From a virus (taxonomy: Duplodnaviria > Caudoviricetes): a stretch of DNA of 44,438 nt. The notes below the pieces were generated by a model, which saw only the letters and a list, made by a program, of their open reading frames with translations, was not told where the DNA came from and ran no database searches. The first letter of the stretch is position 1. The number at the start of each line of letters is the position of its first letter. The position numbers were made by a program, and so were the translations under genes. This document shows positions 22,101 to 29,192 of this stretch, in pieces. Location of the stretch: positions 1-44,438 of IMG/VR virus record IMGVR_UViG_3300038675_000512; one strand, 5' to 3'.

Positions 22101-23407
22101 CTGTTACAGAAAGCTTCAGAAGGGGAGAGCATCAGGTGCTTACAGATGATAATATCAAAAATAGCTTTTTCGATTTCTTGGCTCTTAAGATAGATGCCAC
22201 CCCTTATGTCAAGAATAAGATGAAGAATGTCCTTACTGATCCATTCTATATAACAACGTTTGTCAATGAAGATAATCAGCGTTATGGCAGAAAGGTAACA
22301 TTCAAGCAGAACGCTTCCGGAACAGCTTTTGAGCAGATATCTATGATTTATAATCGTGCCGGGTTCTCAGCATTCAATAATTCCGTATCAACGAATATGG
22401 ATGTTATTAGTGTTCCTGCTGATGGCGCTGAACAAATCTATAAGGGTGAGCCTTACATTAAGACTACTGTTGAACAGCACAACTATAAGAATGGCTTCTA
22501 TATGTTAGATAACGGGATGGTTGTCAAACTAACAACTATGACAAATAATTCTGTTAAGCTTGAAAAGGTTGAAGATGATGATATTGAAGCTGCACGTAAA
22601 GCTGCTTATGATGTCATTGATCAGAGGGGTAATAACACTGTTATTGTTAGTGTGAATAGTGGAGAAGGTGGTTCAATGATTGCTCCACCTAATGCAGAGG
22701 CAAGATTTGCTGCATTATCTATCTATGCTGAGCGTCCATTTACTCTTAAGGGTGGTCGTATTGTTGGATACAATGATGATATGACGTTTAACAGTATCAA
22801 TGAAGCTATGATATGGTTCCGGGTAAGCCTTATGAAGCGTTTCAGCAACAATAGCGAGATCCAGAAGCTAAAGCTTGATGAAAACATTACTGATCGTGTT
22901 CATGCATACAATAAGATGAATAAGCTTCTTGATATAATCATATCCAAGAACAAGGACAAGGATATGGCTACTGCTGTCATGCGTACCAAGAATAATTTGT
23001 CTAATCTTGCTAAGTACATAGTATCTGTTTCCATTCTTTCACCGATAGATGCTTTCAAGTATGATAAGGATATTGTTAGTAGTCACTTAGCCATGCGTAA
23101 GGGCACAAACGAGACACTTAATCGTTTCTTCCCTGAACGTGGTGAAGAAAGCCTTACGCATTTCATCTTGAATAGTGGTAAGAATGTTGATGATTTCTAC
23201 AATAGGGAAAATCCAATTCTATTGGTTGATGATATCAAACCTACCACAACAGTCAGCAAAGAAGATCTTGAATATATTGCTTCCGGGTATATGAAGTCTT
23301 CTGATATGACTGATGAGGATATAGCTTTCCTTAACAGTATTATGTCGTCTGAAGCAGATGATGCATCTTTGCAGAATGAAGAAGAGAAGAATAACAAACA
23401 ATGTTAA
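7160..23407 (+). CDS. Giant virion-associated DNA-dependent RNA polymerase polyprotein (with SF1 helicase and zincin domains)
   Basis: ~5,415 aa from the likely ATG at 7160. Catalytic NDSDFDIDQ (DFDID at 20036-20050) is preceded by NRVPS (~19922), with TDGQSF at ~18326. DFDID is the motif of crAss-like phage RNAPs such as phi14:2 gp66. It also carries GDYGTGKT/WIVDEGS helicase motifs and HETFH. Confidence 0.9.
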   Translation: MSQPKAIDLLGYALENNYSIDKALNVLDVGDQIILQDKEAYSNYVENPENPNSLNAKEFDIAYAKAKALKNVYDKGFEYRMTDPSWIYTEKALNIYTPGRIAEGSHVSHTPLTFSSINNGPGRVMSDNQYAYSLSEYAVPDPKLVDGYRYEKKKPGWEFEGKYVFHPDPRNGGESSILVQLDRGDDSFGYEQLSTFFGMPSDYSTNVIINSFKNIIDAGARFGKSAANVVAGLSNIATDDMAIFNEDEDYTKYIQKLMMYISGNKMHEKRLKDALEKNDKAELLDLFNYLEHTMDIGRRNQLKEMRHPERWVQRNRAMNNIIGYFEGLEHNKSEFYKNTSALEDWRSLIYNTSQVVGDLAIQLGAGVITGGSMAAFTGIGTIQAVGSFYESMRDAGFDDRTIGVAMAAALPMVAASEYVVGKMWAFKSLDNQFAGELKREIKQTVNQTLKDYGGKVTTEGAVKLGKDMGKKFLSSKAFKNATTKPAVAKLVDVGKAVGLEVPQETFEDMGYNFINWVVEKMKPEYYGEDITTGITEVYGKQGIINPEQMLETAVLTALATGFNDGIRKINDPYYKRENLEKVRDIQRSGWVADQFIDGNIGVFTKMAAEESKKENGAFGPKNMKLSEMGIEPIVVSAEEAVRYKDYSIGTAQPDGSLLIDNVADMNIKDFVDEVETIGLVMQRHKLDNARDLNNIMLRQIYDANGKLMASNALKNAVAYDKAQEAYEAKKASMSVEGYELNDADKKELDTLESNVKRTKAALDYYIKHEAGTSYSEAINDSMKSMLTSYDQAVALARRDLGADFDKDVKKGDLKRVKAVVDHYNKLLQTSEHYLHLKKTYDLMNSFRDNIEQQRAAKLEELNGYYSGEKPYDGSKTIEAYEKASEVLERYLANQKINGQEASSILEELNLEDVMSVQQDIARINPTEMNPVIERFSGLFDRAKANLSNLVAINEANTAFYKSLEEGQGNNPFIANIIQAINDADASIDGKLPELNSINGYAEWAGNADKNAVKEVEKLYNRYRAFNNENRYDEIASLNKLNNAKVSTSPVYNEEAEYKFKLAEEIASLSTGKTITDAYNLLIEETQKQLDESLAYVTAIKDGVDPYTLEQRNIQEDKNIIDSYMSIINELKTAKVISERLHGQDNFNKHSSADEQEFVENMATGSIGEGFNSTLSNIEEKYDEFKRKSGLDALSSARKSILTGMLIHAHQAKTLLWMESLGLEIGTFITAEQKEALTRLVVTEEIMKNEGELTDAERKIFDNGRKAIVDVMTVLHKHKDKLFGNSKNSDKLYEPIRLLAENIAKTSTSDEIRLPLSFNSHDGKFTSVRLKEENHATKKMEPKIVSDVNELRYVSSQLTPIEATQSADNKVKMEAIVHYVNLLVQLDGALSAQQIMSKRKLLYDPLKNYNVDVSTYEQEVVEDSIIAFESGSRVLSQIEAFSYKAIAANNKKPLSSTAMIPNAIIIPGDYGTGKTKQVIYNALKILELSKAHKGGAVYFFSPSEKLRNDMQKLFNPDGKKVDKFNITSKIETLDGLDLTKNQTWIVDEGSLLTEKTRQALVDASQKSKGKLRIIIMADMNQMRPKNDKGGYPSIMERAPKTAMLSEQWSTASQMIKKHTDFWKRQINTNRAMNSTISIISLPMTYHKEVDGVLKGVQYFSSSNDVYTAFNASKNESKALVFYDINDLKAFSANNPGMQDIINKGMAFVLLPDGADERHIIQGLRAEEVYIMTYYGDMKEIGMSRASTAMYTAIGRSSGYVGINMSDQAKTYTETDPLKMSATSVGDEASTIRILNEKRENLRKEIARNQEFVLGDEYIKPSISEKPEMPDDRDELITTTGSIVINDGQNNINLSYHTTRVQEEDEYDEYLFKLNGTDIGLTSLRVNATMQEISDAATRLYADYTNQKAPKTKVKEVATPYDDPILGKTYGTDPDINAMDNPETPEQVRKSQAIAWEKGSGLYGTTYNVIVPDGVDHKTMNLREVRAMHAFLIQERERLGLTLSLKYLRKGNAINKDGNMQTYDDMLLIRAQTESYKALKSRINVIKLNDLKDGSVKNVIRRLKAIKNIDEFQKAFNAYTYVSALALPTQRPVLGKESPMTISTAGGRDIDEQTIIDGYAAYDGPEKAMVINQRNAQIAISRLRNRGREMHDSSQNNEITIGNVENISSSRSRVEYGNTLKPLDDVLENGDVTIDISRGLTVYDDKGRFMVYVTHSPYKDAKSSGERVTVYASKLDPNKVANQKSEDLDAINTISDYDKPLSGDPVVKRIYGSAMELFISTYAYQILLNNRNIIKTKLPEYSDYVEFSGKYVNPVGSTLKEQKDNLETIINLIYGDWAKYLHTPIIIKNNIPQLGPTSSYNTYAKHVGYPHYYFTIEGVSSSETNVESESKSNRKKRARPQESSADAFDTDFTTEKESSKALKRMLGGHFASDMLDIHEGMISIDGMRATGLMKDGRIMLASFAGRVRMSTPYHETFHVVWNYLLDPEAKVRYEQEAKEKAYEMTGKRLEGIDLEEWMAGDGFAKYAIARDKANKKPTLFQRFMTWLKDLVGFAHKNAKTLEGLYDDIYTGRYAKKATQATFGTSETFFEEAEDVEEEYEETDDELYEEKQDRIDRYNTLVQSLPTMRDNVIRAVDITTMALHAYSPLSNDPAFGTETINEAIDRVRKESKEIEDEYGSMPIVVKRGGVDVETTIKDVKPEEVDNIYDKTISGSTEEQRKEAQANYRMWYLNRKDNIDTILEHMMPTWNAKNNTFGRGKVVRDAFDWTNADPMNDGLNAAIRLQLKMIPAMKVSKVNGKTVHSYNMEDMRMVDERVMNQVMKDVGTVASKIYDGRKIDDGFSRLDAFKEAIEEVMKTYGRQLNDDGTYRSRYTEALAAFNAKFFSGSDSYFIDEFNDGKMYSLYDLASKHLNGERKLDEKRVQGIINFLVALANVNSSYIKNNNSKVTVKGNEKIGFTYTFTEYGNNIYESTRQRIKDELNTKLTDGLFIDRNKIKRFHDRIHVSDKGNISIGGGRMDTERAIKFISIEKDKYVFNVGNRFVTSGTMLTKQEVDEIIAHIHEIQNVLGLGNKVITDNVLRQFIEAQSWDELKGAHTASLSGGIQGEMTPREFIAAFLANTIYSYHAQNSVSKVSIAIGGKKYEKHASLTDHVLEVEAFLESLDHDDRKNQIYLNNNAVTLDELKEGIVKAASPLSEKVNDYVKKLGVQGIYNSYSSIDGESMTSMGYPFPIPSQFYTAINAIAHEAASQAGLATGVQVFRADGKPQHVLQQKNKFNEMIDGAGQQIKVIANSIGEMKRVGFNDYLSVSKEAKKVSPFVSSSGEVLSPYLLNLVEGKESENGMHLKHIQDMYGMRRDYGGFTRGTDDLTTTDMMIMGIQAFLSNLTKSSYRYQRITTPIMTIADTGRIYHMTHQMNGKAMFYLSGKGRNKMILINEDVILKQLELIAKKVDRRVQLSYDGFIGLISELNDKFGSDGFMIALPIKGNLKQTRTPSRAGFISNVDKQIAAALNAVSADVRQKIIDYVQQSNLDKTSVVKLIGNDGFGIGHTAADAIPNKSAGESIYNSSNRKAIIKAANDSKMSKEQKYKLIVDLFLNDYKATAKYMEQHNVTDSQHLKDILALGTTSQPFSGKTVNDGLFAYYLAFHITNEAFSDINGGVADYRDLYDRVKRTGVLNTPTINLSTDVTIDGNNVGSLPKKGYAITINDVEYKTILDGKNEEVMKRGTDGQSFISGLWRKFYDMSAGGRDYSVTGNGSMIKTLYIHRDPLRGGVSIIKHAGKFITQDDFMNNRAYYNMQMDMLASQDNHLPEGFSEREDLIGTELENFSWLDTFESLLDKGLTFDEAMNEMHQLVIRSQEYGEDVYNALVESICYGFNTENTRKAGLKAINRYNPLDNTGNRYPEGGLVSEDLYYDSMGIILSAEQPLDDSKPQAPFAQQEAFFGVSGATLTGELQQKWGDNPGVAISKIKKKMYDIASKQLSERIGKTNLPVEVSGLDFSSIDWSRDDLEQHYGDKLNRAVAQYDWYVRTNTRRSLDLSRVPGQFVEMLGKNGVTSQAPQLRTRLIQNIRKEINKNLLKQGFKGMRVVQATGMFHQLYYLEGDSMAFTREDAIKHVYGDKAPIGVERFSQAVEDKLLETFTVRGLRDMSVQDGKTVPGQIIMPYIYAEKFGLKEGQSLRDLFTLYIGGKAVNIRNMSKGELIGLIEDNGINEAFFTSVLAQKYYKEYGYEGTDDILLDMAVKIHEYVQAANETLTTYANRVPSNRLGSGAIMEVAAIHWGGNEAFIPNGMAIMNDSDFDIDQLATYFKDLSASGILNDSEISKLQSEIMDVVKDVYMNQGTDKNLFLESGINHIRNVADEGKENETYTDNTLASMYKTYNDNRAGAEAIGILANTLSAVSWLQSIGDNLEGSIMDDNIRSIISDRKVKGRNSTVVRLGDWLQAALDNNKYNILGRFGVTPEVVNILGVYVAVGPKAGQDMNDFLHEIKDFFNDPVLSRLINQASMGESVHYSKKDNKLYDLVVSTIEKINSKNYRDNKVSVQKAKDDLYVYVKDLIFKYNEFAEENDMEQLSPDDYGVDQYIRSGLIYKTYASGDKEVEEYKKLRETLYLATEELEDKEALPKLEKMKSLMITGDALRSLSDIITLRNGIPGNDNKFDYSRKNIELALGMSVAKFGHSGRSLTNDKNNFDRVLDYAKNNDNEILEYEVDSVEYKRYVEHLKGRFEAFDLYKVIRSIPMLEVYLEQMARDINIHGGLFLYDNPNTLSLAKEFLDKVRKNDFPYSNNKALFNKAITMVVLDQWFASLSKKRRIVYMAAPIGQNMQLGYDNLSPYKRLDMAKVEDRQKLSLQMSNFITFFDEEFISREQMEMYFEKMVPPGDRNIYEGISNAFYDADNNFVGNKFINMLRSIGRGERLYVGLMSDTAGMTEQERLKLKSEFARLPISIQDIFRYNEMIVNTLNYHKGSISDIMGLDAFKYGLNDIYESVTESFRRGEHQVLTDDNIKNSFFDFLALKIDATPYVKNKMKNVLTDPFYITTFVNEDNQRYGRKVTFKQNASGTAFEQISMIYNRAGFSAFNNSVSTNMDVISVPADGAEQIYKGEPYIKTTVEQHNYKNGFYMLDNGMVVKLTTMTNNSVKLEKVEDDDIEAARKAAYDVIDQRGNNTVIVSVNSGEGGSMIAPPNAEARFAALSIYAERPFTLKGGRIVGYNDDMTFNSINEAMIWFRVSLMKRFSNNSEIQKLKLDENITDRVHAYNKMNKLLDIIISKNKDKDMATAVMRTKNNLSNLAKYIVSVSILSPIDAFKYDKDIVSSHLAMRKGTNETLNRFFPERGEESLTHFILNSGKNVDDFYNRENPILLVDDIKPTTTVSKEDLEYIASGYMKSSDMTDEDIAFLNSIMSSEADDASLQNEEEKNNKQC

Positions 23408-23418
23408 TCCGTAGTATC

Positions 23419-26400
23419 ATGAAATGTCCAAACATAAAAGATAAAGATTATCAGCGCCAGGCTGCTGTTCTTGGTGGTCAAGCAGCACAAGAGATGTGGT
23501 TAAGGAATAATGGTCAGCCCTTATGGTTAACGCCAGAGGGAGAACCATCGAAAGTATTCGAGGGCCTTAAGAATGCTCTAGGCTTTTTTAATGCTATGCA
23601 GGCCATGCGTCGTGCTGTTGGTAGGGGTATCATCGTAAATGATACTGTTACTAATAAGAAGGTCTTAGACGCTCTTATACAACATGAATCAATGAAGGAT
23701 AACAATCCTCGTGTTATGCTTGCCCAGATGCGTCAAGAGGCCACAGCTACGTCACGCGCTCTTGATGAAGTGGTGTCATCTATTCAGAAAGCTGTTCCTG
23801 GTCTTGTCATTCATAGAGAGACCAGCCTTACAGCAGAAAAAAAAGGTGTGGACCGTTCACTTGCCGGATGGGTAGATAATGAAGGGTATCATATAAATAT
23901 TGATCATGCTTCTCTTTCTACTCCTATTCATGAGTTCTCCCATGTCTTTATGGCGCTTGTTAGAGCACGTAATCCTAAGCTCTATTCAGAGATCCAGGAT
24001 ATGTTGGATGACTATATCAACAGCAGCCAGATAGTGCCGCAAATCAAAGCTAAATGGCTCAACAGGGATGAAGCAGTCTTACGTGATGAACTCATTGCAC
24101 AGGTTGCCGGTAGTGCTTCAGTGGAAAAAATTAAGCAGTATATGGTCAGGAATGGTATTGCACCTTCTGATGATGTAGCCACCAAAGAATATAACAATAC
24201 ACGTTCATTCTTTGAAAAGATATGGAATGCTATACGTACAGCAATAAAGAACGTCTTTGGTCAGCAAGTGTCTATTGATAGTGATAATACTCTTCAACAT
24301 TTCTTTTCCAACCTTACCCAGTCTTTTCTTGATGGAAATGGCATGAATATAGACTATGATGTTATGACCGCTCTCCGTGATGGTCTTGCGCCTATTCTTA
24401 GTGATGATACTCCGTATCTTGGGTTCAACGAGAATATGGTTGATGAGGCTATTGCAGAAGGGATGGTTAAACGACGTCATGCAAGCATTGTTCGTGGTAC
24501 TGCAGACATCCCTAAAGCGTTAATAAACAACGATGATCCAACAGTCTTTGGTGGTAGAGCCAGCAACTGGGCTAATAACCAGAACACTTTCTCAGAAATG
24601 GTGTCTAGAAGGGCTTACACACCTATAGGCAGCAAGGTGACATACATCGAGTGGATGGGCAAACGTTTTGAGTTTCCTGTTGGCTTATCAAAGATAGCCT
24701 TTCATGAACGTATAGTTGCTGACATACTTCCACATCACAACAAACAGATAGAATCATTCCCATCCAATATACGTGAGATAATGGAGAAAAACATAACATC
24801 TGATCGTGATTTGTTGGACATTATCGAAGATACTTTCTCTGATGATGATGGCAACATACGTGTTGATAAGTTTGAGGTCAAGAGGCTTGTTGAGCTTGCA
24901 GGTGGTAATGATAATGTAGAAGCTATCATGAAGCTTAGTGAGCTACGTACTAATGCTAAGTATGCTAAGCTTGGTCAATTAATAGACATCTCCACTCTTG
25001 GTAGTGATCCAACAGTTGTTATCCATAAAGCTGAGAATGGCGAATTTGATATATCTATCAGTGATATCAATACTGGTGATATGTCCTTTGATGGTGTTCG
25101 TACTGGTAGAAACAGAAAGCTTGGTGCTCGTTTTATGAATGATATTGATAACCCCATCAAGACAAATGCCTGGACGAATAGTAAGATGGATGTACAAGCA
25201 GCTGCATTAGTCTATACTATTGCCAGTATCAAGCATAAGGCTGAGGCTGCCGGTGTTAAGGTTCGTATCCGTCGTTCAGGTGTCTATGGTATTAGTGGTG
25301 GTGGTAAGGGCCGTTTACGGGCTAAGACAATCTTTGATTATAAGGATGCTTTTCATCAAGTACGCTCGGTTCTTCAACACAAAGGCATGCAGGATCTTAT
25401 CACTAATGAATACATGAAAGAGGTCATCAATGATGACAAAGCATGGGATCATACCGATATGACTGTAAGTCATCTTTTTGAACTTCAGTCGTACTATTCC
25501 AATGAAAACCTGTACGAAAATCTAAGTACATCTATGCGTGATGCTATCAGTGGTGATGATAAGACAAAAAGTGAACGTATAGCTGCTATTCGTAGACGCA
25601 TGAACTACCTTTCTCAGCACTATGGTATTGAGAATGCAAGAAGAGATTATGAATACCAATTGCTTGCCAAGACTGTTATTGAATTAAAGTCTGGCTGGCA
25701 TACTAGTACTATGAATTTCAACGATATGGCCAATGCGACAAAGAATATCTTAAATCCTCATAATGTTGGCAATTCGATTGTTCAGTATGCTTCTCTTGAG
25801 ATGGAGGCTGCCAAGCAAAAGGTCTTACGTAAAGCAAATCAATTTGAGAAAGAGATTAACGCTCTTATCAAAGAGGTACAGAGAGCCCGGGGGCTTCATA
25901 CATCACGTGCAGATGAGATATTTAATCGTATGTATCCGGAGATTGATGTTATTGCCGATAAAGAATACCCAGCTACAAAAGAGCATGAAGCTATCAAAGC
26001 TGGTCAGACTGTACGCATGAAATTATACAATGAGATCTATCACCACAACTATCCTAATAAAGAACTGATACGATCTATGCTTGCATCAAACGCAATCACA
26101 GAAGAAGAGCTTAATCTTGGTGATTTTATTATCAAGAATGTAAAGGATCTGTATGTCATGAGCAAGTATGAGAAGGGTTTCCGTAATAGCAGTAAGTATA
26201 CTATGGCTGATGCCTATAAAGATGTCAATGCTGAATACACTGAGAATACTATTCCTGTCTTGCCAGCTACCCAGATGCAGTTGTTACGTGGTATGCACAT
26301 GAAGGAGTGGTTTAAGAATCTAGGCTCCATGCTCTCTAAGGGTGATATCATGTATGGTGATTTGACTACTGAGAGGTTTGGAAATATTGGTTCAACCTTT

Positions 26401-28182
26401 GACTCTCAGATCAGTCGTGAGAAGCAGCTTGCGAATATGGGTATTATTTATGAAAATGGTCAGTATCATGCTTATGACATTGAGATGATGTATATGCAGT
26501 CGAATAACCTCGAATACACCATAAAGTTTTTCAACTTAGAGACTCACCGTAATGCCATCTTTAACCGGGATCTTGTACCCATGTATAACGAGCTTAAAGC
26601 TATAGCAGCATATGCTAAAACGCTGACTGGTACAGAAATGGTCAATGCAGAGAAATATCTTGATGAATACTATCAGTATGTCGTCAATCGTAAACATAAG
26701 GATGATTATGCTACTGATGCTCTTACTAAACGTGCAGCGCCTATTGTTCGTGGTCTGCTGGCATTAAACACATTTGTCAGTATTGGTTATAGACCGGTGA
26801 CATGGATCAAATCAATGTTCTTTAATGAACAGAACTCTCTTATTGGTGCTCTTGCTACGAAAGCTGCTAATTGGGGTGCTGTGACCAATGAAGTTGACCT
26901 ACCATCACCTGGTGATTTTCATAAAGCACATGAGTTGATGTTTACTGAACTAAAGAAATCATGGCGTATTGCTGAGCGCTTTCAGATTATCAACAACCAG
27001 GAACGTGATATCCTTGAAAATATGGATAAGAATATCACTGATAAGCATTTTGCTAAGCGTCAGATAGCTCACTGGGGTAACCACTATGGTGATGCTGCTA
27101 GTAGAACAATGACTCTTTTAGCGTTCATGATCCATGATGGTTCTTATGATGCATATAGCTACGATGCTCAGCAAGATGAAGTGTTATATGATCCCAAAAA
27201 AGACCGGCGCTTCTTCAATGAAGATGGTACTTACAAGGAAGGTATGGAAGCAGTCCACAATACTATTATTGCTGACCAGATAGAGCAGGGTCTTGTTGAT
27301 ATGGTTGATGGTAAGCGTGTACAAGCTATAGGCTATGACTTTGTTGAGATCAATAAGCGTATCAAATGGTATGCAGACAAGTATATCATCGGCGCTATGG
27401 ACCCCAACCAAAAGACCATGCTTGGTAATCAATGGATGGGTGCTGCTCTTGGTCAGTTTAAGACCTTCATGTGGGATAAGTTGTGGAATATGGGTTACGG
27501 CCAGATAACCACTGAGTATGGTGGTAAGTATGTTCCTATAAAAGATAAGAATGGTGAATGGGTTGCCGTCCGTGAACAGATGCTTATCGAGGGGCAGATG
27601 CGTTCACTTGTGGAAGCTATCAAGACGTTTAAGGACGTTATCAATAAGGACAAGAAGTGGTGGGCTGATATGCCTCCTATGAGGCGTCGTAATCTTATGG
27701 AGACCGGTTTACGTACAATGATGTTGTTAGCACTCTTGTCAGCATTCGCTATGCTTACTGATGATGATGATGAGAAAGAAGAACGCGAGAAGTTCATACG
27801 TGATGTCATGCGAAGGAATAAAGACCTTACTCGTGATGAGGCTATGTCTATGTGGAAGAAGAAATCACATACTATCAGTGATGCTGATAAACGCAAGTTG
27901 AATTTCTTATGGGGTGATATTTTCCTTGGGGATACAATGACAAGCTTTTATAACAACCCATTGCCTCTTTTCCGCACGTTGATTGATGTCTATGAGCTTG
28001 CGGTGGGTAAGAATAAGGCCAAACGTTTGATACGCCTCGTAGGGCCTGCAAAAGATGCCGTATGGTTCTATAGTCTATTTGGTATCCATGATGATCCTTG
28101 GGATGGTGACCTTTCAACCAAAGAAAAGGAGCGGCTGCGCGAAGAGAGGGAGAAGGAGAAGAAGCTTGAGGAAGCAGAATAA
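23419..28182 (+). CDS. Large virion (ejection) protein with a zincin HExxH domain and a C-terminal hydrophobic helix
   Basis: STPIHEFSH at ~23917-23943, a downstream DEL.A and FFEKIWNAI. C-terminal hydrophobic segment MMLLALLSAFAML. Last gene of the + strand block. Start is ATG 23401 or 23419. Confidence 0.7.
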   Translation: MKCPNIKDKDYQRQAAVLGGQAAQEMWLRNNGQPLWLTPEGEPSKVFEGLKNALGFFNAMQAMRRAVGRGIIVNDTVTNKKVLDALIQHESMKDNNPRVMLAQMRQEATATSRALDEVVSSIQKAVPGLVIHRETSLTAEKKGVDRSLAGWVDNEGYHINIDHASLSTPIHEFSHVFMALVRARNPKLYSEIQDMLDDYINSSQIVPQIKAKWLNRDEAVLRDELIAQVAGSASVEKIKQYMVRNGIAPSDDVATKEYNNTRSFFEKIWNAIRTAIKNVFGQQVSIDSDNTLQHFFSNLTQSFLDGNGMNIDYDVMTALRDGLAPILSDDTPYLGFNENMVDEAIAEGMVKRRHASIVRGTADIPKALINNDDPTVFGGRASNWANNQNTFSEMVSRRAYTPIGSKVTYIEWMGKRFEFPVGLSKIAFHERIVADILPHHNKQIESFPSNIREIMEKNITSDRDLLDIIEDTFSDDDGNIRVDKFEVKRLVELAGGNDNVEAIMKLSELRTNAKYAKLGQLIDISTLGSDPTVVIHKAENGEFDISISDINTGDMSFDGVRTGRNRKLGARFMNDIDNPIKTNAWTNSKMDVQAAALVYTIASIKHKAEAAGVKVRIRRSGVYGISGGGKGRLRAKTIFDYKDAFHQVRSVLQHKGMQDLITNEYMKEVINDDKAWDHTDMTVSHLFELQSYYSNENLYENLSTSMRDAISGDDKTKSERIAAIRRRMNYLSQHYGIENARRDYEYQLLAKTVIELKSGWHTSTMNFNDMANATKNILNPHNVGNSIVQYASLEMEAAKQKVLRKANQFEKEINALIKEVQRARGLHTSRADEIFNRMYPEIDVIADKEYPATKEHEAIKAGQTVRMKLYNEIYHHNYPNKELIRSMLASNAITEEELNLGDFIIKNVKDLYVMSKYEKGFRNSSKYTMADAYKDVNAEYTENTIPVLPATQMQLLRGMHMKEWFKNLGSMLSKGDIMYGDLTTERFGNIGSTFDSQISREKQLANMGIIYENGQYHAYDIEMMYMQSNNLEYTIKFFNLETHRNAIFNRDLVPMYNELKAIAAYAKTLTGTEMVNAEKYLDEYYQYVVNRKHKDDYATDALTKRAAPIVRGLLALNTFVSIGYRPVTWIKSMFFNEQNSLIGALATKAANWGAVTNEVDLPSPGDFHKAHELMFTELKKSWRIAERFQIINNQERDILENMDKNITDKHFAKRQIAHWGNHYGDAASRTMTLLAFMIHDGSYDAYSYDAQQDEVLYDPKKDRRFFNEDGTYKEGMEAVHNTIIADQIEQGLVDMVDGKRVQAIGYDFVEINKRIKWYADKYIIGAMDPNQKTMLGNQWMGAALGQFKTFMWDKLWNMGYGQITTEYGGKYVPIKDKNGEWVAVREQMLIEGQMRSLVEAIKTFKDVINKDKKWWADMPPMRRRNLMETGLRTMMLLALLSAFAMLTDDDDEKEEREKFIRDVMRRNKDLTRDEAMSMWKKKSHTISDADKRKLNFLWGDIFLGDTMTSFYNNPLPLFRTLIDVYELAVGKNKAKRLIRLVGPAKDAVWFYSLFGIHDDPWDGDLSTKEKERLREEREKEKKLEEAE

Positions 28183-28203
28183 AATAATAATCATCCAGCG
28201 TCT

Positions 28204-28241
28204 AAAAAAGGGGGGAAGCCACATGGCCTCCCCTCTTCTTT
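28204..28241. terminator. Probable bidirectional rho-independent terminator
   Basis: AAAAAA-GGGGGGAAGCC-ACAT-GGCCTCCCCTCTTCTTT: a GC-rich hairpin with an A-run on the left and a T-rich run on the right, in the gap between two convergent gene blocks. Confidence 0.8.
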
Positions 28242-28277
28242 CGTGTTGATCAGAATTGTTTACAACCGATGTTACCA

Positions 28278-29192
28278 TTATTCGGTCTTATCATCTTCAT
28301 CTTCTTCCTCCTCTTCGTTATCCTCGTTGAAGATTCCGTCGATATATACAAATAAATCATCCTCATTGATTGGCTCACCGGTGGCATTGCTTTCATTGAT
28401 TACTTCAATCAGTTCGTGAAAGTATGAAACATCCACACCAATAAGCTGCTGTTCAAGAACACCAATATCAGACAGATCGAGCTTAGATACTTGAAACATT
28501 ATTTTAAGCATCTCACCGGATGATATATCCCAACCTCTCTTGATAAACTTCTTAACTCTTATCAAAGAAGTTAGAGGGAATTTAGAACCTTGATACAATA
28601 GCACTTTGCTTATGATGCATTCAAGAGCCTTGGGATTCAATACAAGCCCATCCTTTGATGTGAAATAATTAGTTGCATGAACAAAATCAAATGAACTATG
28701 GATAACCTCAACTGTTCCAACAAATCTTGTTATTATTTGTACCTTGTTTGATAGGCTGATTGCATTCTCTGAGATAAACAACGGTGTGTACTTTGGGTAC
28801 ATACCTTTTTTATCTTTTTTTACCTGGATCTTACCATTGAAAGCAATCTTAACCTGATTGTCGTACAGATTTTTAATCGCTAGGGTTTTTTTATTATCAT
28901 GGATGTCTTTATAGGCTTCAAGATACTCATCCTTCCTTCTACCATCAAGAACCTGAATATTGGGCATCTTGGCTTCTTTAAGGTAGTATTTGGATAATTC
29001 AACACAAGTATCCATATCCTGTATGTACACATCGTAATCTTTTGGTTCATCATCACAAAGAAGGCTTACGATAGCACCACCAGAAACAAGGTAGTTTCTT
29101 TTCACTTTAGCACGTAATGATTGATCCTTTATGGATTCCAACCATTGATTCATCTTATAGCGTATACGCCTAGAAACATCTGTTTTATTCAT
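28278..29192 (-). CDS. Nucleotidyltransferase (Pol beta superfamily, poly(A) polymerase/CCA head-like)
   Basis: LVSGGAIVSLL..DEPKDYDVY (GG + DxD signature), later FDFVH and R..KF..RGW. Acidic C-terminal tail. Confidence 0.75.
   Translation of the reverse strand: MNKTDVSRRIRYKMNQWLESIKDQSLRAKVKRNYLVSGGAIVSLLCDDEPKDYDVYIQDMDTCVELSKYYLKEAKMPNIQVLDGRRKDEYLEAYKDIHDNKKTLAIKNLYDNQVKIAFNGKIQVKKDKKGMYPKYTPLFISENAISLSNKVQIITRFVGTVEVIHSSFDFVHATNYFTSKDGLVLNPKALECIISKVLLYQGSKFPLTSLIRVKKFIKRGWDISSGEMLKIMFQVSKLDLSDIGVLEQQLIGVDVSYFHELIEVINESNATGEPINEDDLFVYIDGIFNEDNEEEEEDEDDKTE

Noticed and set aside
7160-23407. Intein or intron explaining the giant ORF
   Set aside because: The frame is uninterrupted and I saw no convincing intein end motifs or LAGLIDADG/HNH insert. 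A profile search would be needed to exclude a divergent one.
412-28249. Many short antisense or alternate-frame ORFs inside the large genes
   Set aside because: They are shadow ORFs from biased codon usage, fully overlap convincing genes and lack motifs.
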